38,751 nt of DNA from Deltaproteobacteria bacterium (GTDB lineage: Bacteria; Desulfobacterota; Binatia; DP-6). The notes below the pieces were generated by a model. It saw nothing but the letters and a program-made list of their open reading frames with translations. It ran no database searches and was not told the DNA's origin. Below are positions 1-9,905 of this stretch, in pieces; the stretch's first letter is position 1; each line of letters begins with the position of its first letter. The DNA lies in NCBI GenBank assembly GCA_005879205.1, contig VBLD01000111.1, positions 1 through 38,751 of the forward strand, in the 5' to 3' direction. The translations under genes and the position numbers were made by a program.

Positions 1-727
1 CCTCGTAGTTCTCCTGCTCGAGCGCGAGCTTCGCGCCGGCGTAGCCCTTCGGCTCCTGCTGGTCGGCGATGTCGGCCTCGCCGTGTCCCTCGGTGAAGTA
101 GACCACCTTCTTGGTCGTGCCGGCCACCCGGATGAGCCCGTTGGTGATGTTCTCCTCGGTCGGCTGCGTGACCACGAACGATTCCTTGCCGTATTGGAGG
201 TGCACGCTGCGCGCCGTCGTGATCTTCATCTGCTCGACCAGCGCCGGCTCCTTGTCCGGGTCGACGAGCCGGGACTTGACGCGCCCGGGGTTCACGTACT
301 TGTAGCTGTCGAGCAGGCTCTGGAGCTGGGGGTCCTGTCCGGCCTCGACGAAGGCCGTCATCTCGAGGTCCTCCCCGAGCGCGCCGACCACCTTCTTCGA
401 CTGCGGCGAGAGCGTGTAGACGCCCGCCTCGGTCAGGTCCCACCGATGATGATGGCGGTAGAGGAGGTAGTTGGCGCCCGCGGCGAGCGCGAGGAAGAGC
501 ACCGTGTAGAGCGCGGCACTCGCCCCGTAGCGCGTCGAGCGCGCACCGAGCGCGGCGCGGAAGCCTTCGAAGCCGAAGGCCAGGTACCCGAGCACGAGCG
601 CCGAGCCGGCAACCAGGTTGAGCAGCACGTACGGGTCGGCGAGGCTCCGGAGAAGCGCGGCGGCGACGAAGCCGAAGGCGAGGAAGACGAGGCCGAGGAG
701 CCCGAAGAGCGACGCCGAACGTCCCAC
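1..727 (-). CDS. GldG-like auxiliary component of an ABC-2 transporter (N-terminal part only; the gene runs off the left edge)
   Basis: Not in the ORF track because it leaves the window. Manual minus-strand translation from GTG at 727 gives VGRSASLFGLLGLVFLAFGF...YRHHHRWDLTEAGVYTLSPQSKKVVGALGEDLEMTAFV...KKVVYFTEGHGE. That is an N-terminal TM region followed by the typical GldG / 'ABC-type uncharacterized transport system' opening. It starts 7 nt after the permease stop. GC3 is high. Confidence 0.55.
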   Translation of the reverse strand, partial: MGRSASLFGLLGLVFLAFGFVAAALLRSLADPYVLLNLVAGSALVLGYLAFGFEGFRAALGARSTRYGASAALYTVLFLALAAGANYLLYRHHHRWDLTEAGVYTLSPQSKKVVGALGEDLEMTAFVEAGQDPQLQSLLDSYKYVNPGRVKSRLVDPDKEPALVEQMKITTARSVHLQYGKESFVVTQPTEENITNGLIRVAGTTKKVVYFTEGHGEADIADQQEPKGYAGAKLALEQENYE

Positions 728-734
728 CGCTACC

Positions 735-1507
735 TCACCTCCAGCGGACCGACTCGACCGAGCGCTGGGTCAGGAAGATGCCGATCACCAGGACGGTGAC
801 GAAGTAGGCCAGGTCGCGGGTGTCGATGATGCCCTTCAGCAGGGTCTGGAAGTGCTCGGTGATCGAAGCGTACTTGATGACCGCCGCCCCGGCGCCCTGG
901 ATCGTCTCGCCGAGCCACCCGATCGTGTACAGCACGAGGAGCGCGAAGAGCGCGCCGACGTACGCGATGACCACGTTGTCGGTGAACGACGAGATCAGCG
1001 TGCCGATGGCGAGGAACGCCATCGCCATCAGCGCGAGGCCGAGGTAGCCCGCGACCATGAGCGGCACCTCGGGGTTGCCGTAGAGCAGCAGCAGCACGCC
1101 GAAGAAGCTCGAGAGCCCGACCATCAACAGCACCAGGACGAGGCCGCCCGCGAACTTGCCGAGCACGATCTCCCCCACCCGCACCGGCGACGTGAGCAGG
1201 AGCTCGTAGGTGCCCGAGCGCTTCTCCTCGGGGAACATCCGCATGGTGATCGCCGGCACGATGAAGATGAGCAGCACCGCCATGTTGTGGAGCAGCGGGA
1301 CGATCACCATCTCGTTCAGGTTGAAGCGGGAGAGCATCTCCGGGTTCCGCATCATGCTGTAGATCTGGAGGCTCGTGTTGAACGCGGTGATGAGCGCGTA
1401 GAAGAAGTAGCCCGCGAGCGCGAGGTAGGCCGCGATCAGCACGTAGGCGACGGGCGACGCGAAGTAGGAGCGGATCTCCCGGCCGGCGATCGTGAGGACG
1501 TTCCGCA

Positions 1508-1508
<1 letters not shown>
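735..1508 (-). CDS. ABC-2 type transporter permease (GldF-like)
   Basis: Internal start MRNVLTIAGREIRSYFASPVAYVLIAAYLALAGYFFY within ORF 735..1670; polytopic membrane protein. Its ATG at 1508 overlaps the stop of the upstream ATPase (TGATG). The 54 residues upstream in the track ORF are Arg/Gly-rich junk. Confidence 0.85.
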
Positions 1509-2260
<752 letters not shown>

Positions 2261-2335
2261 GGGTAAGTTAAGACGTTGGGATCGCGGCGGAAATTCGGGG
2301 AGCGTATCTAGCGACCCCCTCCGGGGAAGTCAAGT

Positions 2336-4927
2336 TTGGGCACGACCAAGGCGGAGCCGGCGGCCGCGCCGCGACTGTACCTCATCGACGGCAGCGGCTA
2401 TGTCTACCGGGCCTTCCACGCGCTGCCGCGGCTCAACACCTCGCGCGGGCTGCCGACCAACGCCATCCTCGGCTTCGCTAACATGCTTGCGAAGCTGCTC
2501 CGCGAGGAGCGGCCGCGCTACACGGCGGTCGTCTTCGACGCCCCGGGTGAGACATTTCGCGACAGCATGTACGCCGACTACAAGCAAAACCGTCCCACCA
2601 CCCCGGACGAGCTGCGGCCCCAGATCGGCTACATCCGCCGGATCGTCGATGCCTTCCGGCTGCCCGTGCTCCAGATCGCCGGCGTCGAGGCGGACGACGT
2701 GATCGGCACGCTCGCCGCGCAGGCGAGCGCGGCCGGCCTCGAGACCGTGATCGTGACCGGTGACAAGGACATGATGCAGCTGGTCGACGAGCGGACGACG
2801 CTCCTCGACAACATGCGCGACCGCCGCTTCGGTCCCGCCGAGGTGCGGGCGCGCTTCGGGGTCGAGCCGTCGCTCGTGCCCGACGTCATGGGCCTCATGG
2901 GGGACGCGATCGACAACATCCCGGGGATCGAGGGCGTCGGCGAGAAGACGGCGAGCGCGCTGGTCGCGCGCCTGGGGCCGGTCGAGCGCATCCTCGAGCG
3001 CCTCGACGAGGTGGAGCGGATCGGGCTCCGCGGCGCGAAGAAGATCCGCGAGACGCTCGCTCGCGAGGCCGACACCGCCCGCCTCTCGAAGGCCCTGGCC
3101 GTCGAGACGTTGCGCTGCGACGGCCCCGACCCGACCGCGCTCCGGCCGCTCTTCGTCGAGCTCGAGTTCCACTCCCTGCTGCGCGAGCTGGTGCCCGCCG
3201 GCGAGCTCCCCGAGGTGGAGCGCTGCGTCGCCGGCACGCCCGAGGAGGTCGCCGCGGCGCTGCCGGCGCTCTCGGGCGCCGGAGCGCTCGCGGTTGCTTG
3301 GGGACTCGACTCCGGGCGTGCCACGGCCGCGCAGCTGACCGCGCTCGCCCTCGCCGGACCTACCGGGCCGGTGCAGGTCGTGGCGGCCCCCGAGACGCCG
3401 GCCGTGCTCGCTGCCCTCGCGCCGGCGCTCGGCGACCTTGCCGTCGCCAAGCTCGGCGGCGATCTGAAGGCGCTTCGCGTGGCGCTCGCGCGCCGCGGCG
3501 TGGCGCTGGCCGGCCCCGCCTTCGACGTCACGCTCGCCTCCTACTGTCTGAACCCCACCCGTCCCGACCATGCGGTGCCGGCGCTCGCCGAGGAGCTGCT
3601 CGGAGAGGCGTGGCCGCGCGGCGCGGACCCCGCCGAGACCGCGTGCCGTGCCGCGCGGGCCGTCCATCGCCTGAAGCCGGTGCTCGAGGACCTGCTCCGA
3701 GCCCACCAGATGGAGCGGCTCTTTCGCGACCTCGAGATGCCGCTTGCCGCGGTGCTCGCGGAGATGGAGCTGGTCGGCGTCGGGCTGGACGTGGCGGCCC
3801 TCGGCAAGCTCTCGGTCGAGATGGGAGCCCAGCTCGAGCGCCTCGTCGGGGAGATCTACTCGCTCGCCGGCGGCGAGTTCAACATCCACTCCCCGCCGCA
3901 GCTCCGCGTGGTCCTGTTCGAGAAGCTCAAGATCTCCAGCCGCGGGGTGCGGCGCGGGAAGACCGGACTCTCGACCGACGTCGACGTGCTCACGCGGCTC
4001 GCGCGCGAGCACCCGCTGCCGGCCAAGATCCTCGAGTACCGGATGCTGTCGAAGCTCAAGTCGACGTACGTCGACGCGCTCCCCGCGCTCGTCGACCCGC
4101 GCACCGGGCGGCTCCACACCTCCTTCAACCAGACCGTCGCCGCGACGGGACGCCTCTCGAGCTCGGAGCCGAACCTGCAGAACATCCCGGTGCGGACCGA
4201 GGAGGGGCGGCGCATCCGGGCAGCGTTTGTCGCGCCTCCCGGCCACCGGCTGATCTCCGCCGACTACTCCCAGATCGAGCTTCGCCTGCTCGCGCACCTC
4301 TCGGGGGACCCGGTGCTGGTCGAGGCCTTCACCCGCGGCGAGGACGTGCACGCCCGGACCGCGGCCGAGGTCTTCGGAACCCTGCCCCCGGCCGAGGGAC
4401 GACGCCTCGCCAAGGTCATCAACTACGGGATCGCCTACGGGATGGGCGCCGCACGGGCGGCCCGCGAGCTCGACCTGCCGCTCGCCGAGGCCCAGGCCTA
4501 CATCGAGGGCTACTTCGCACGTCACGCCGGGGTGCGGGCGTTCATCGACGCCACCATCACCGAGGCACGAGCCCGCGGCTACGTGACGACCGTGCTCGGA
4601 CGCCGGCGGTACCTCCCCGAGCTGGGGGCGAGGGATCCTGCGGTGCGGCAGTTCGCCGAGCGGGCCGCCACCAACACCCCGATCCAGGGTTCGGCCGCGG
4701 ATCTCATCAAGCTCGCCATGCTGGAGGTGCCGCGCCGGCTTGCCGCAGCGGGCCTGGCCGCCCGCCTGCTGCTCCAGGTGCACGACGAGCTGGTGCTCGA
4801 GGTCGCCGAGGCGGGGCTCGAGCAGGCGGTGGCATGCGTGCGGTCAGCCATGGAGAACGTCTGGCCGCTCCGCGTCCCCCTGCGGGTTGACGTCCGGCAC
4901 GGAGCCAACTGGGCGGAGGCGCACTGA
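2336..4927 (+). CDS. polA: DNA polymerase I
   Basis: 863 aa. 5' nuclease N-terminus LYLIDGSGYVYRAFHA; polymerase motif A ISADYSQIELRLLAH, motif B RRLAKVINYGIAYGM, motif C LLQVHDELVLE. The TTG start at 2336 is the only start close to the conserved N-terminus, with GGGGAAG 7-13 nt upstream. Confidence 0.95.
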   Translation: MGTTKAEPAAAPRLYLIDGSGYVYRAFHALPRLNTSRGLPTNAILGFANMLAKLLREERPRYTAVVFDAPGETFRDSMYADYKQNRPTTPDELRPQIGYIRRIVDAFRLPVLQIAGVEADDVIGTLAAQASAAGLETVIVTGDKDMMQLVDERTTLLDNMRDRRFGPAEVRARFGVEPSLVPDVMGLMGDAIDNIPGIEGVGEKTASALVARLGPVERILERLDEVERIGLRGAKKIRETLAREADTARLSKALAVETLRCDGPDPTALRPLFVELEFHSLLRELVPAGELPEVERCVAGTPEEVAAALPALSGAGALAVAWGLDSGRATAAQLTALALAGPTGPVQVVAAPETPAVLAALAPALGDLAVAKLGGDLKALRVALARRGVALAGPAFDVTLASYCLNPTRPDHAVPALAEELLGEAWPRGADPAETACRAARAVHRLKPVLEDLLRAHQMERLFRDLEMPLAAVLAEMELVGVGLDVAALGKLSVEMGAQLERLVGEIYSLAGGEFNIHSPPQLRVVLFEKLKISSRGVRRGKTGLSTDVDVLTRLAREHPLPAKILEYRMLSKLKSTYVDALPALVDPRTGRLHTSFNQTVAATGRLSSSEPNLQNIPVRTEEGRRIRAAFVAPPGHRLISADYSQIELRLLAHLSGDPVLVEAFTRGEDVHARTAAEVFGTLPPAEGRRLAKVINYGIAYGMGAARAARELDLPLAEAQAYIEGYFARHAGVRAFIDATITEARARGYVTTVLGRRRYLPELGARDPAVRQFAERAATNTPIQGSAADLIKLAMLEVPRRLAAAGLAARLLLQVHDELVLEVAEAGLEQAVACVRSAMENVWPLRVPLRVDVRHGANWAEAH

Positions 4928-4959
4928 CGCGATGGCGTTCCCGCGTCCGGTGAATACCA

Positions 4960-5562
4960 GTGCCTCCGGTGCCGTCTGAGGGTTTGCGGGCCGTGCCGTC
5001 TAGCGACTGGGAGCTCGTCCGGCGCGCCCGTGAAGGTGATCGTGACGCGTTCCGCGAGCTGGTCGAGCGCTACCAACGCCGGGTGGCCTCGCTCGCATTG
5101 GGCATGCTCCGGAGCCGGGAAGACGCGCTCGACGTCGTGCAGGAGACTTTCGCCAAGGCCTATCAGCACCTCGACCGCTTCAAGGGCGACTCGGGCTTCT
5201 ACACCTGGCTCTACCGCATCGCGTTCAACCTCTGCATCGATCAGCAACGCCGCGAAGGCAAGCTCGCCGACCTCCGCCCCCCGCACGACGAGACCGGTTC
5301 GATGGAGCCGCCGCCCACGGTCGACGGTCCACCCCCGGACGAACCCTTCCAGCGCGTCCGGAGCGCCGAGATCGGCCAGCGGCTCGAGCAGGCGATGCGC
5401 GAGTTGACCCCCGATCACCGCGCGGTCATACTCCTCCGCGAAGTGCAGGGCCTCTCCTACGAGGAGATCAGCCGAGTCCTGGAATGTCCGAAGGGCACGG
5501 TGATGAGCCGGCTCCACTACGCCCGCCGCCAGCTCCAGTCGCGCCTGCGGGAGCTCCTGTGA
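4960..5562 (+). CDS. ECF-type RNA polymerase sigma-70 factor
   Basis: Region 2 DALDVVQETFAKAYQHLDRF...YTWLYRIAFNLCIDQQRR and region 4 HTH LSYEEISRVLECPKGTVMSRLHYARRQL. GTG start at 4960; an in-frame GTG at 4993 is an alternative. Confidence 0.9.
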   Translation: MPPVPSEGLRAVPSSDWELVRRAREGDRDAFRELVERYQRRVASLALGMLRSREDALDVVQETFAKAYQHLDRFKGDSGFYTWLYRIAFNLCIDQQRREGKLADLRPPHDETGSMEPPPTVDGPPPDEPFQRVRSAEIGQRLEQAMRELTPDHRAVILLREVQGLSYEEISRVLECPKGTVMSRLHYARRQLQSRLRELL

Positions 5563-6056
5563 CGTGCGCGGACGTCGAGCGGCTGGCGGACGCGTTCGCG
5601 GACGCCGAGCTGCCGGCGCCGACGATGCTCGCGGTCGCACGTCATGCGGCCGGCTGCTCAACCTGCGACGAGTCGGTCCGCCGGCTGCAGGCCCTGCAAG
5701 AGTCGGTGGCACAGGCGGTGCGTGCCGAGACCGACGCGCTCGACCTCTCCGGGGTATGGCCGGCCGTCGCGGCCGCCGCGGACCGGGTCGACGCCCGCCG
5801 GAGCTGGAGCCGACGGGCGCGAGCCCTGCCGGCCGCGTTGGCCGGGGCGCTCGCGGTGGCGGCGGCCGCCGTCTTCTGGATGCAAGGCGTCCGTCCCGCC
5901 GTGGAGTCGGGCCCCGCGGTCGTCGTCTCCCGGACCCTTCCCAACCAGGCGTACATCGACCGCCTGGCAGGCAAGGACCTGCGGCTCCGGCGCGAGCCGC
6001 GGAGCGGGACGACGATCATCTGGGTCAATGCCACCGCCGGAGACCTCGGGCGGTGA
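5559..6056 (+). CDS. Anti-sigma factor (zf-HC2 type), membrane-anchored
   Basis: GTG at 5559 overlaps the sigma stop (GTGA). N-terminus VTCADVERLADAFADAEL...RHAAGCSTC carries the H-x3-C-x2-C motif of ZAS-like anti-sigma domains. One TM segment (LPAALAGALAVAAAAVFW). Confidence 0.7.
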   Translation: MTCADVERLADAFADAELPAPTMLAVARHAAGCSTCDESVRRLQALQESVAQAVRAETDALDLSGVWPAVAAAADRVDARRSWSRRARALPAALAGALAVAAAAVFWMQGVRPAVESGPAVVVSRTLPNQAYIDRLAGKDLRLRREPRSGTTIIWVNATAGDLGR

Positions 6057-6502
6057 ACCGCGCTGCGGCCGTGGCGCTCGGCATGCTCGGTGCGGCCCTG
6101 CCGATCGCCGCCGCCGTGGCCCTGGGGATGGAGGTGCAGGTGGTGAGCGTACGCGCCGCCGAGCGCGGCTCTTCGGACGCCGAGCTCCAGCCGGTGCGCG
6201 CCCGCCTGCGGCGGCTCGTCGGCTACCGGTCCTTTCGGGTCGTCCACGAGGAACGCCGGCAATGCAGCTGGCGCAACACCGAGGAGTTTGCGATCCCCGG
6301 CGGCCGCTCGCTCCGCGTCATGCCGAAGGGGATGCAGGACGAGGCCGTCGTGATGCAGGTCCGCTTGCTCGACGGGCGGCGCCGGCTCGTCGACACCGAC
6401 GTCCGGCTGCGCAATCGGGGCACGATGCTGCTCGGCGTCGGCCACCGGGCGGGCCGCGCGGACGGAGCCTTGATCATCATGCTGAAGGCGGAGGCGCAAT
6501 GA
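6053..6502 (+). CDS. Hypothetical secreted protein, co-operonic with the ECF sigma/anti-sigma pair
   Basis: GTG at 6053 overlaps the anti-sigma stop (GTGA). Signal-peptide-like N-terminus VNRAAAVALGMLGAALPIAAAVALG, then a beta-rich domain (...FAIPGGRSLRVMPKGMQDEAVVMQVRLLDG...GALIIMLKAEA). I recognise no family. Confidence 0.55.
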   Translation: MNRAAAVALGMLGAALPIAAAVALGMEVQVVSVRAAERGSSDAELQPVRARLRRLVGYRSFRVVHEERRQCSWRNTEEFAIPGGRSLRVMPKGMQDEAVVMQVRLLDGRRRLVDTDVRLRNRGTMLLGVGHRAGRADGALIIMLKAEAQ

Positions 6503-6807
6503 TTGGCTGGCCAACGGAGTGGCTGGACGAGGTAGGCAATCAGCTGTGGGCGGTGCTCGGAGCGTTCCGGGGCGAGGTCAGCCGTCAAGGGGTGATGACG
6601 CTCTTCCGGCCCGTCGCTCCTTTCAACCGGCCCGACTTCCTGGCGCCGGCCGTGACCATCGCCGCGTTGCTGTCGGTGCTCCTCCTCTCGGGTGTGGCGG
6701 TCGCCGCGCTCGGCGCCTTCGTGACCGCCCTGATCGCGCTCTACCTCTTGCTCGTGCAGGTGTTCGGCGTGACCATCGAGGTGCACCCCTTCGGTACCGG
6801 CGCGTGA
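6499..6807 (+). CDS. Hypothetical small membrane protein
   Basis: ATG at 6499 overlaps the upstream stop (ATGA). The C-terminal half has two hydrophobic helices (APAVTIAALLSVLLLSGVAVAALGAFVTALIALYLLLVQVF). Confidence 0.55.
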   Translation: MIGWPTEWLDEVGNQLWAVLGAFRGEVSRQGVMTLFRPVAPFNRPDFLAPAVTIAALLSVLLLSGVAVAALGAFVTALIALYLLLVQVFGVTIEVHPFGTGA

Positions 6808-6811
6808 CGGC

Positions 6812-7186
6812 GTGAGCGCGCGTCCCGTGGTGCGACGAAGCACGCCGGTCGGCCTGCTCCTCGTCGTCGCGGGTGTGACGCTCGCCGTCGCCCAGGAGCG
6901 GCCAACCCACGAGCTCTCGCACCCACCGACGCGGGACCAGGCGAGTCCATCCGGGGAGCGGACCGAAACCCGGGAATTCCTCGACAACGCCCGCCGGCTG
7001 TATGACCGGGCGTACAAGCTGCGAGAGAACGCCGAGGCCTTGCGCGAGGGCAACCGCTACGAGGAGGCCGAGGCGTTCGATGAACGCGCGCTGAACCTCG
7101 AGGACCAGGCCCGCCAGTACGAGCACCGCGCCGAGGAATCGCGGCTACCCGCGACGAGCCACCGCCCCGCCCCGATCGAGGAGTGA
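6812..7186 (+). CDS. Hypothetical secreted coiled-coil protein
   Basis: GTG start 5 nt after the previous stop. Signal peptide RRSTPVGLLLVVAGVTLAVAQE, then a charged helical region (RRLYDRAYKLRENAEALREGNRYEEAEAFDERALNLEDQARQYEHRAEE). Strong G/C third-position bias supports coding. Confidence 0.5.
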   Translation: MSARPVVRRSTPVGLLLVVAGVTLAVAQERPTHELSHPPTRDQASPSGERTETREFLDNARRLYDRAYKLRENAEALREGNRYEEAEAFDERALNLEDQARQYEHRAEESRLPATSHRPAPIEE

Positions 7187-7190
7187 ACCC

Positions 7191-7250
7191 GCGGCCGATC
7201 AGGCCGCGCGCATCGCCCACAGCGCGGCCGATCAGGCCGCGCGCATCGCC
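7191..7250. repeat. Tandem direct duplication of the sat 3' terminus (27-nt unit, two copies, 6-nt spacer)
   Basis: gcggccgatcaggccgcgcgcatcgcc occurs at 7191-7217 and again at 7224-7250. The second copy encodes the last residues and the stop codon of sat on the minus strand. Confidence 0.85.
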
Positions 7251-8407
7251 TTGATCAGCACGTCGGCCACCTCCGGCCTGCTGAACTCCTTCGGCGGCCG
7301 CTCGCCCCGCGACAGCATCTCCCGCACCTTCGTGCCCGACAGCGCCACGTGCTGGCTCGCATCGTGGGGACACGTCTTGGTGGACGCCATGCTGTCGCAC
7401 GTCCGGCAAAAGAACGTGTGGTCGAAGCGGAGCGGCATGATGCCGATCTCCTCCGGCGCGAACTGATCGAAGATCTTCTGCGCGTCGTACGTGCCGTAGT
7501 AGTTGCCCACGCCCGCGTGGTCGCGCCCGACGATGAAGTGGGTGCAGCCGTAGTTCTTCCGCATGATGGCGTGGAAGATCGCCTCCTTGGGGCCGGCATA
7601 GCGCATGTTGGCGGGCAGCACCGAAAGGAGCGTCCGGTCGGCGGGGTAGTACCGCTCGAGCAGCACGCGGTAGCACTCCATGCGCACGTCGGCCGGGATG
7701 TCGTCGCCCTTCGTTTCACCGACCAGCGGATGGAGAAGCAGCCCGTCGACGATCTCGAGCGCGCATTTCTGGATGTACTCGTGTGCGCGGTGCACGGGGT
7801 TGCGCGTCTGGAAGGCGACGATGCCCTTCCAGCCGCGCTCCCGGAACGCGGCGCGCGTCTGGCGCGGCGTGAGACGGTGCTCGGGGAAGGGCAGGTCGGC
7901 GGGATGGCGGAGCAGCGTCACGCGGCCGCCGAGGTAGACCTCGCCCTGCGCCAGGACCGCGGCAACGCCCGGATGCTTCGGATCATCGGTCCCATAGACC
8001 GAAGTGACCTCCCGACGTTTGTCGGGCCGGTAGATCTCCCGCAGGTGAAGGACCGCGAGCGTCGCGCCCGCCTCGTCCTGGAGCGCGACGTCGGCGCCCA
8101 CGGCGAGCCGCCGCGCCTCGTCGGCGCCGACGCCGAGGGTCACCGGGATCGTCCACACGACTCCGCTCGCGAGACGCATCCGGTCGACGACGCTCCGGTG
8201 GTCGGCCTCGCCCATGAACCCGTCGAGCGGGCTGAAGCCGCCGATCACGATCATCTCGAGATCGGAGAGCGCCCGGCGGTCGAGCCGGAGTGCCGGCAGA
8301 CGTCCGGCTTCGCGCTCCCAGCGAGCGCGCTCGGCCTGCGTGGCCTCGCGCTCGACGAGCACGCCGCCGTGCGGCGCGATGGCATCCTCGAGTCTGTCGT
8401 TCGTCAT
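7232..8407 (-). CDS. sat: Sulfate adenylyltransferase (ATP sulfurylase, homo-oligomeric Sat type)
   Basis: 391 aa with the hallmark [12 protein letters not shown] and GRDHAGVG motifs and a PUA-like N-terminal domain. Last gene of the riboswitch-controlled operon. Confidence 0.95.
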   Translation of the reverse strand: MTNDRLEDAIAPHGGVLVEREATQAERARWEREAGRLPALRLDRRALSDLEMIVIGGFSPLDGFMGEADHRSVVDRMRLASGVVWTIPVTLGVGADEARRLAVGADVALQDEAGATLAVLHLREIYRPDKRREVTSVYGTDDPKHPGVAAVLAQGEVYLGGRVTLLRHPADLPFPEHRLTPRQTRAAFRERGWKGIVAFQTRNPVHRAHEYIQKCALEIVDGLLLHPLVGETKGDDIPADVRMECYRVLLERYYPADRTLLSVLPANMRYAGPKEAIFHAIMRKNYGCTHFIVGRDHAGVGNYYGTYDAQKIFDQFAPEEIGIMPLRFDHTFFCRTCDSMASTKTCPHDASQHVALSGTKVREMLSRGERPPKEFSRPEVADVLIKAMRAA

Positions 8408-8447
8408 CCGGTCACCCTACGAGCACGTTCCGAGAGATGCAAACGAA

Positions 8448-9905
8448 TCAGCGGCCCACGCCGAGGCCGATCAGCGGCCAGTACCACGTGGCGGTCGCCA
8501 TGAAGGCGAGCCACGCGGCGGCGACCAGCACGAAGCCGGGAACGAGCATGTCGCGCAGACGCAGGTAGCCGGACGAGTACGCGATGGCGTTCCCCGGTGT
8601 GCCGACCGGCAGCGTGAAGGCGAGGCCCGCGGGAAGCGCCACCGCCGGCGCCATCACCCGCGGGTCGATCCCGAACTGCTGCGCGATGCCGATCGCCACC
8701 GGCATGAGCAGCGCCACCACGGCCGAGTGGCTCATCGCCTCGGTCAGGAGGATGCCGATGGCCGAGATGACGGCGAGCACCTGGAGCGGGGTCTGGGCCC
8801 AGCGGCTCACGGTGACGCTCGCGACCCAGCCCGAGGCGCCCGAGCGCGTCATCGCCGCACCCAGCGCGATCGCCCCGCCGTACATGAGAAGGATGCCCCA
8901 GTTCACGTACTGCTCGAGGTCGGGCCAGGTGAGGAGGCGGAGGAGGAAGATCACGACCACGCCGGCGAGCGCGATGTTGGCGAGGCCGAACTCCTCGCCG
9001 CCCACGATCCAGGCGACGAGCGTCGCCAGCATGACCAGGCCGATCGACTTCTCGCGTACCGAGGGCCGCCCCATGCGCAACAGCTTCTGCGCGATCACCG
9101 CGTCGGCATCGCGCACCGAGTCGATGTCGATCGGGAAGAACCGCACGATCACCTGCCACCCCACCACGAGCAGGATGGCGACGATCGGCCAGGCGGCGAG
9201 CGTCCACTCGGCGAAGCTGTAGCTCTGCCCGCTGGTCTCGCGCAGCATGCCGATCGCGAGCGGCGCCCGCCCGCCGCCGAGCAAGGTCGCGATGCCGCCG
9301 ATCTGCGTGCCCCAGGCCATGGCGAGGAAGAGCGCGCGCGCATAGTTGCTGCCCTCCCGCGGCAGGCGGAGCACGCGCGCGATCTCGAGCGTGATCGGGA
9401 AGGTCATCGCGGCGACGGCGTGCTCCGACATGAAGAACGACATGAACGCGTTCATGAGGAAGAGCGAGAGGAGGAGCGTCCGCGGCGTGTGACCGAAGCG
9501 GCGCAGGATCGTGATCGCGATGCGCGACGAGAGCCCGCATTTGATGAGCGCGGCGGCGAGGATGAAGGCCCCGAGGATGAAGAACACCGCCTCGTTGCCG
9601 AACAGCGCGTAGGTCTCCTTGGCCGAGATGACCCCGGTCGTGGGCAGCAGCACGATGGCGAGCAGGCTCGTCACCATGAGCGGCAGGACGCTCGTCACCC
9701 AGTAGACGAGACAGAGCGCGAAGATGGCGAGCGCGTTCTGGCCCGCGGGCGAGAGACCTTCGGGCTGCGGCATGGTGCGGACCATCAGGTACACGACCAG
9801 CCCGGTGCTCAGCAGGATCGGCCGGTACGTCCGCTCGGCGAGGATGCGCCACAGCGGCCGGGTGTCGATCAGGATCTCGGCGCGCGATGGCTGCGGGACG
9901 GCCAC
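8448..9905 (-). CDS. SLC13/DASS-family anion permease (probable sulfate or thiosulfate uptake)
   Basis: C-terminal 485 codons of track ORF 8448..11171; polytopic membrane protein (LPLMVTSLLAIVLLPTTGV..., ...AFTLPVGTPGNAIAYSSGY). GTG at 9905 overlaps the stop of the upstream gene by 1 nt. An internal ATG (MVRTMPQPEG) is an alternative start. Confidence 0.85.
   Translation of the reverse strand: MAVPQPSRAEILIDTRPLWRILAERTYRPILLSTGLVVYLMVRTMPQPEGLSPAGQNALAIFALCLVYWVTSVLPLMVTSLLAIVLLPTTGVISAKETYALFGNEAVFFILGAFILAAALIKCGLSSRIAITILRRFGHTPRTLLLSLFLMNAFMSFFMSEHAVAAMTFPITLEIARVLRLPREGSNYARALFLAMAWGTQIGGIATLLGGGRAPLAIGMLRETSGQSYSFAEWTLAAWPIVAILLVVGWQVIVRFFPIDIDSVRDADAVIAQKLLRMGRPSVREKSIGLVMLATLVAWIVGGEEFGLANIALAGVVVIFLLRLLTWPDLEQYVNWGILLMYGGAIALGAAMTRSGASGWVASVTVSRWAQTPLQVLAVISAIGILLTEAMSHSAVVALLMPVAIGIAQQFGIDPRVMAPAVALPAGLAFTLPVGTPGNAIAYSSGYLRLRDMLVPGFVLVAAAWLAFMATATWYWPLIGLGVGR

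Noticed and set aside
2330-4783. 817-aa minus-strand ORF antisense to polA. Similar long antisense or shadow ORFs are 8214..9908(+), 9887..11755(+), 14513..16762(+), 17773..19917(-), 22039..23928(-), 24554..26182(+), 26660..28093(+), 28166..29539(+), 32031..33365(-) and 35923..38256(-).
   Set aside because: All are Arg/Gly/Ala/Pro-rich, low-complexity translations lying opposite or out of frame to genes with unmistakable conserved motifs. This is the expected stop-codon-poor shadow-frame artefact of very GC-rich DNA.
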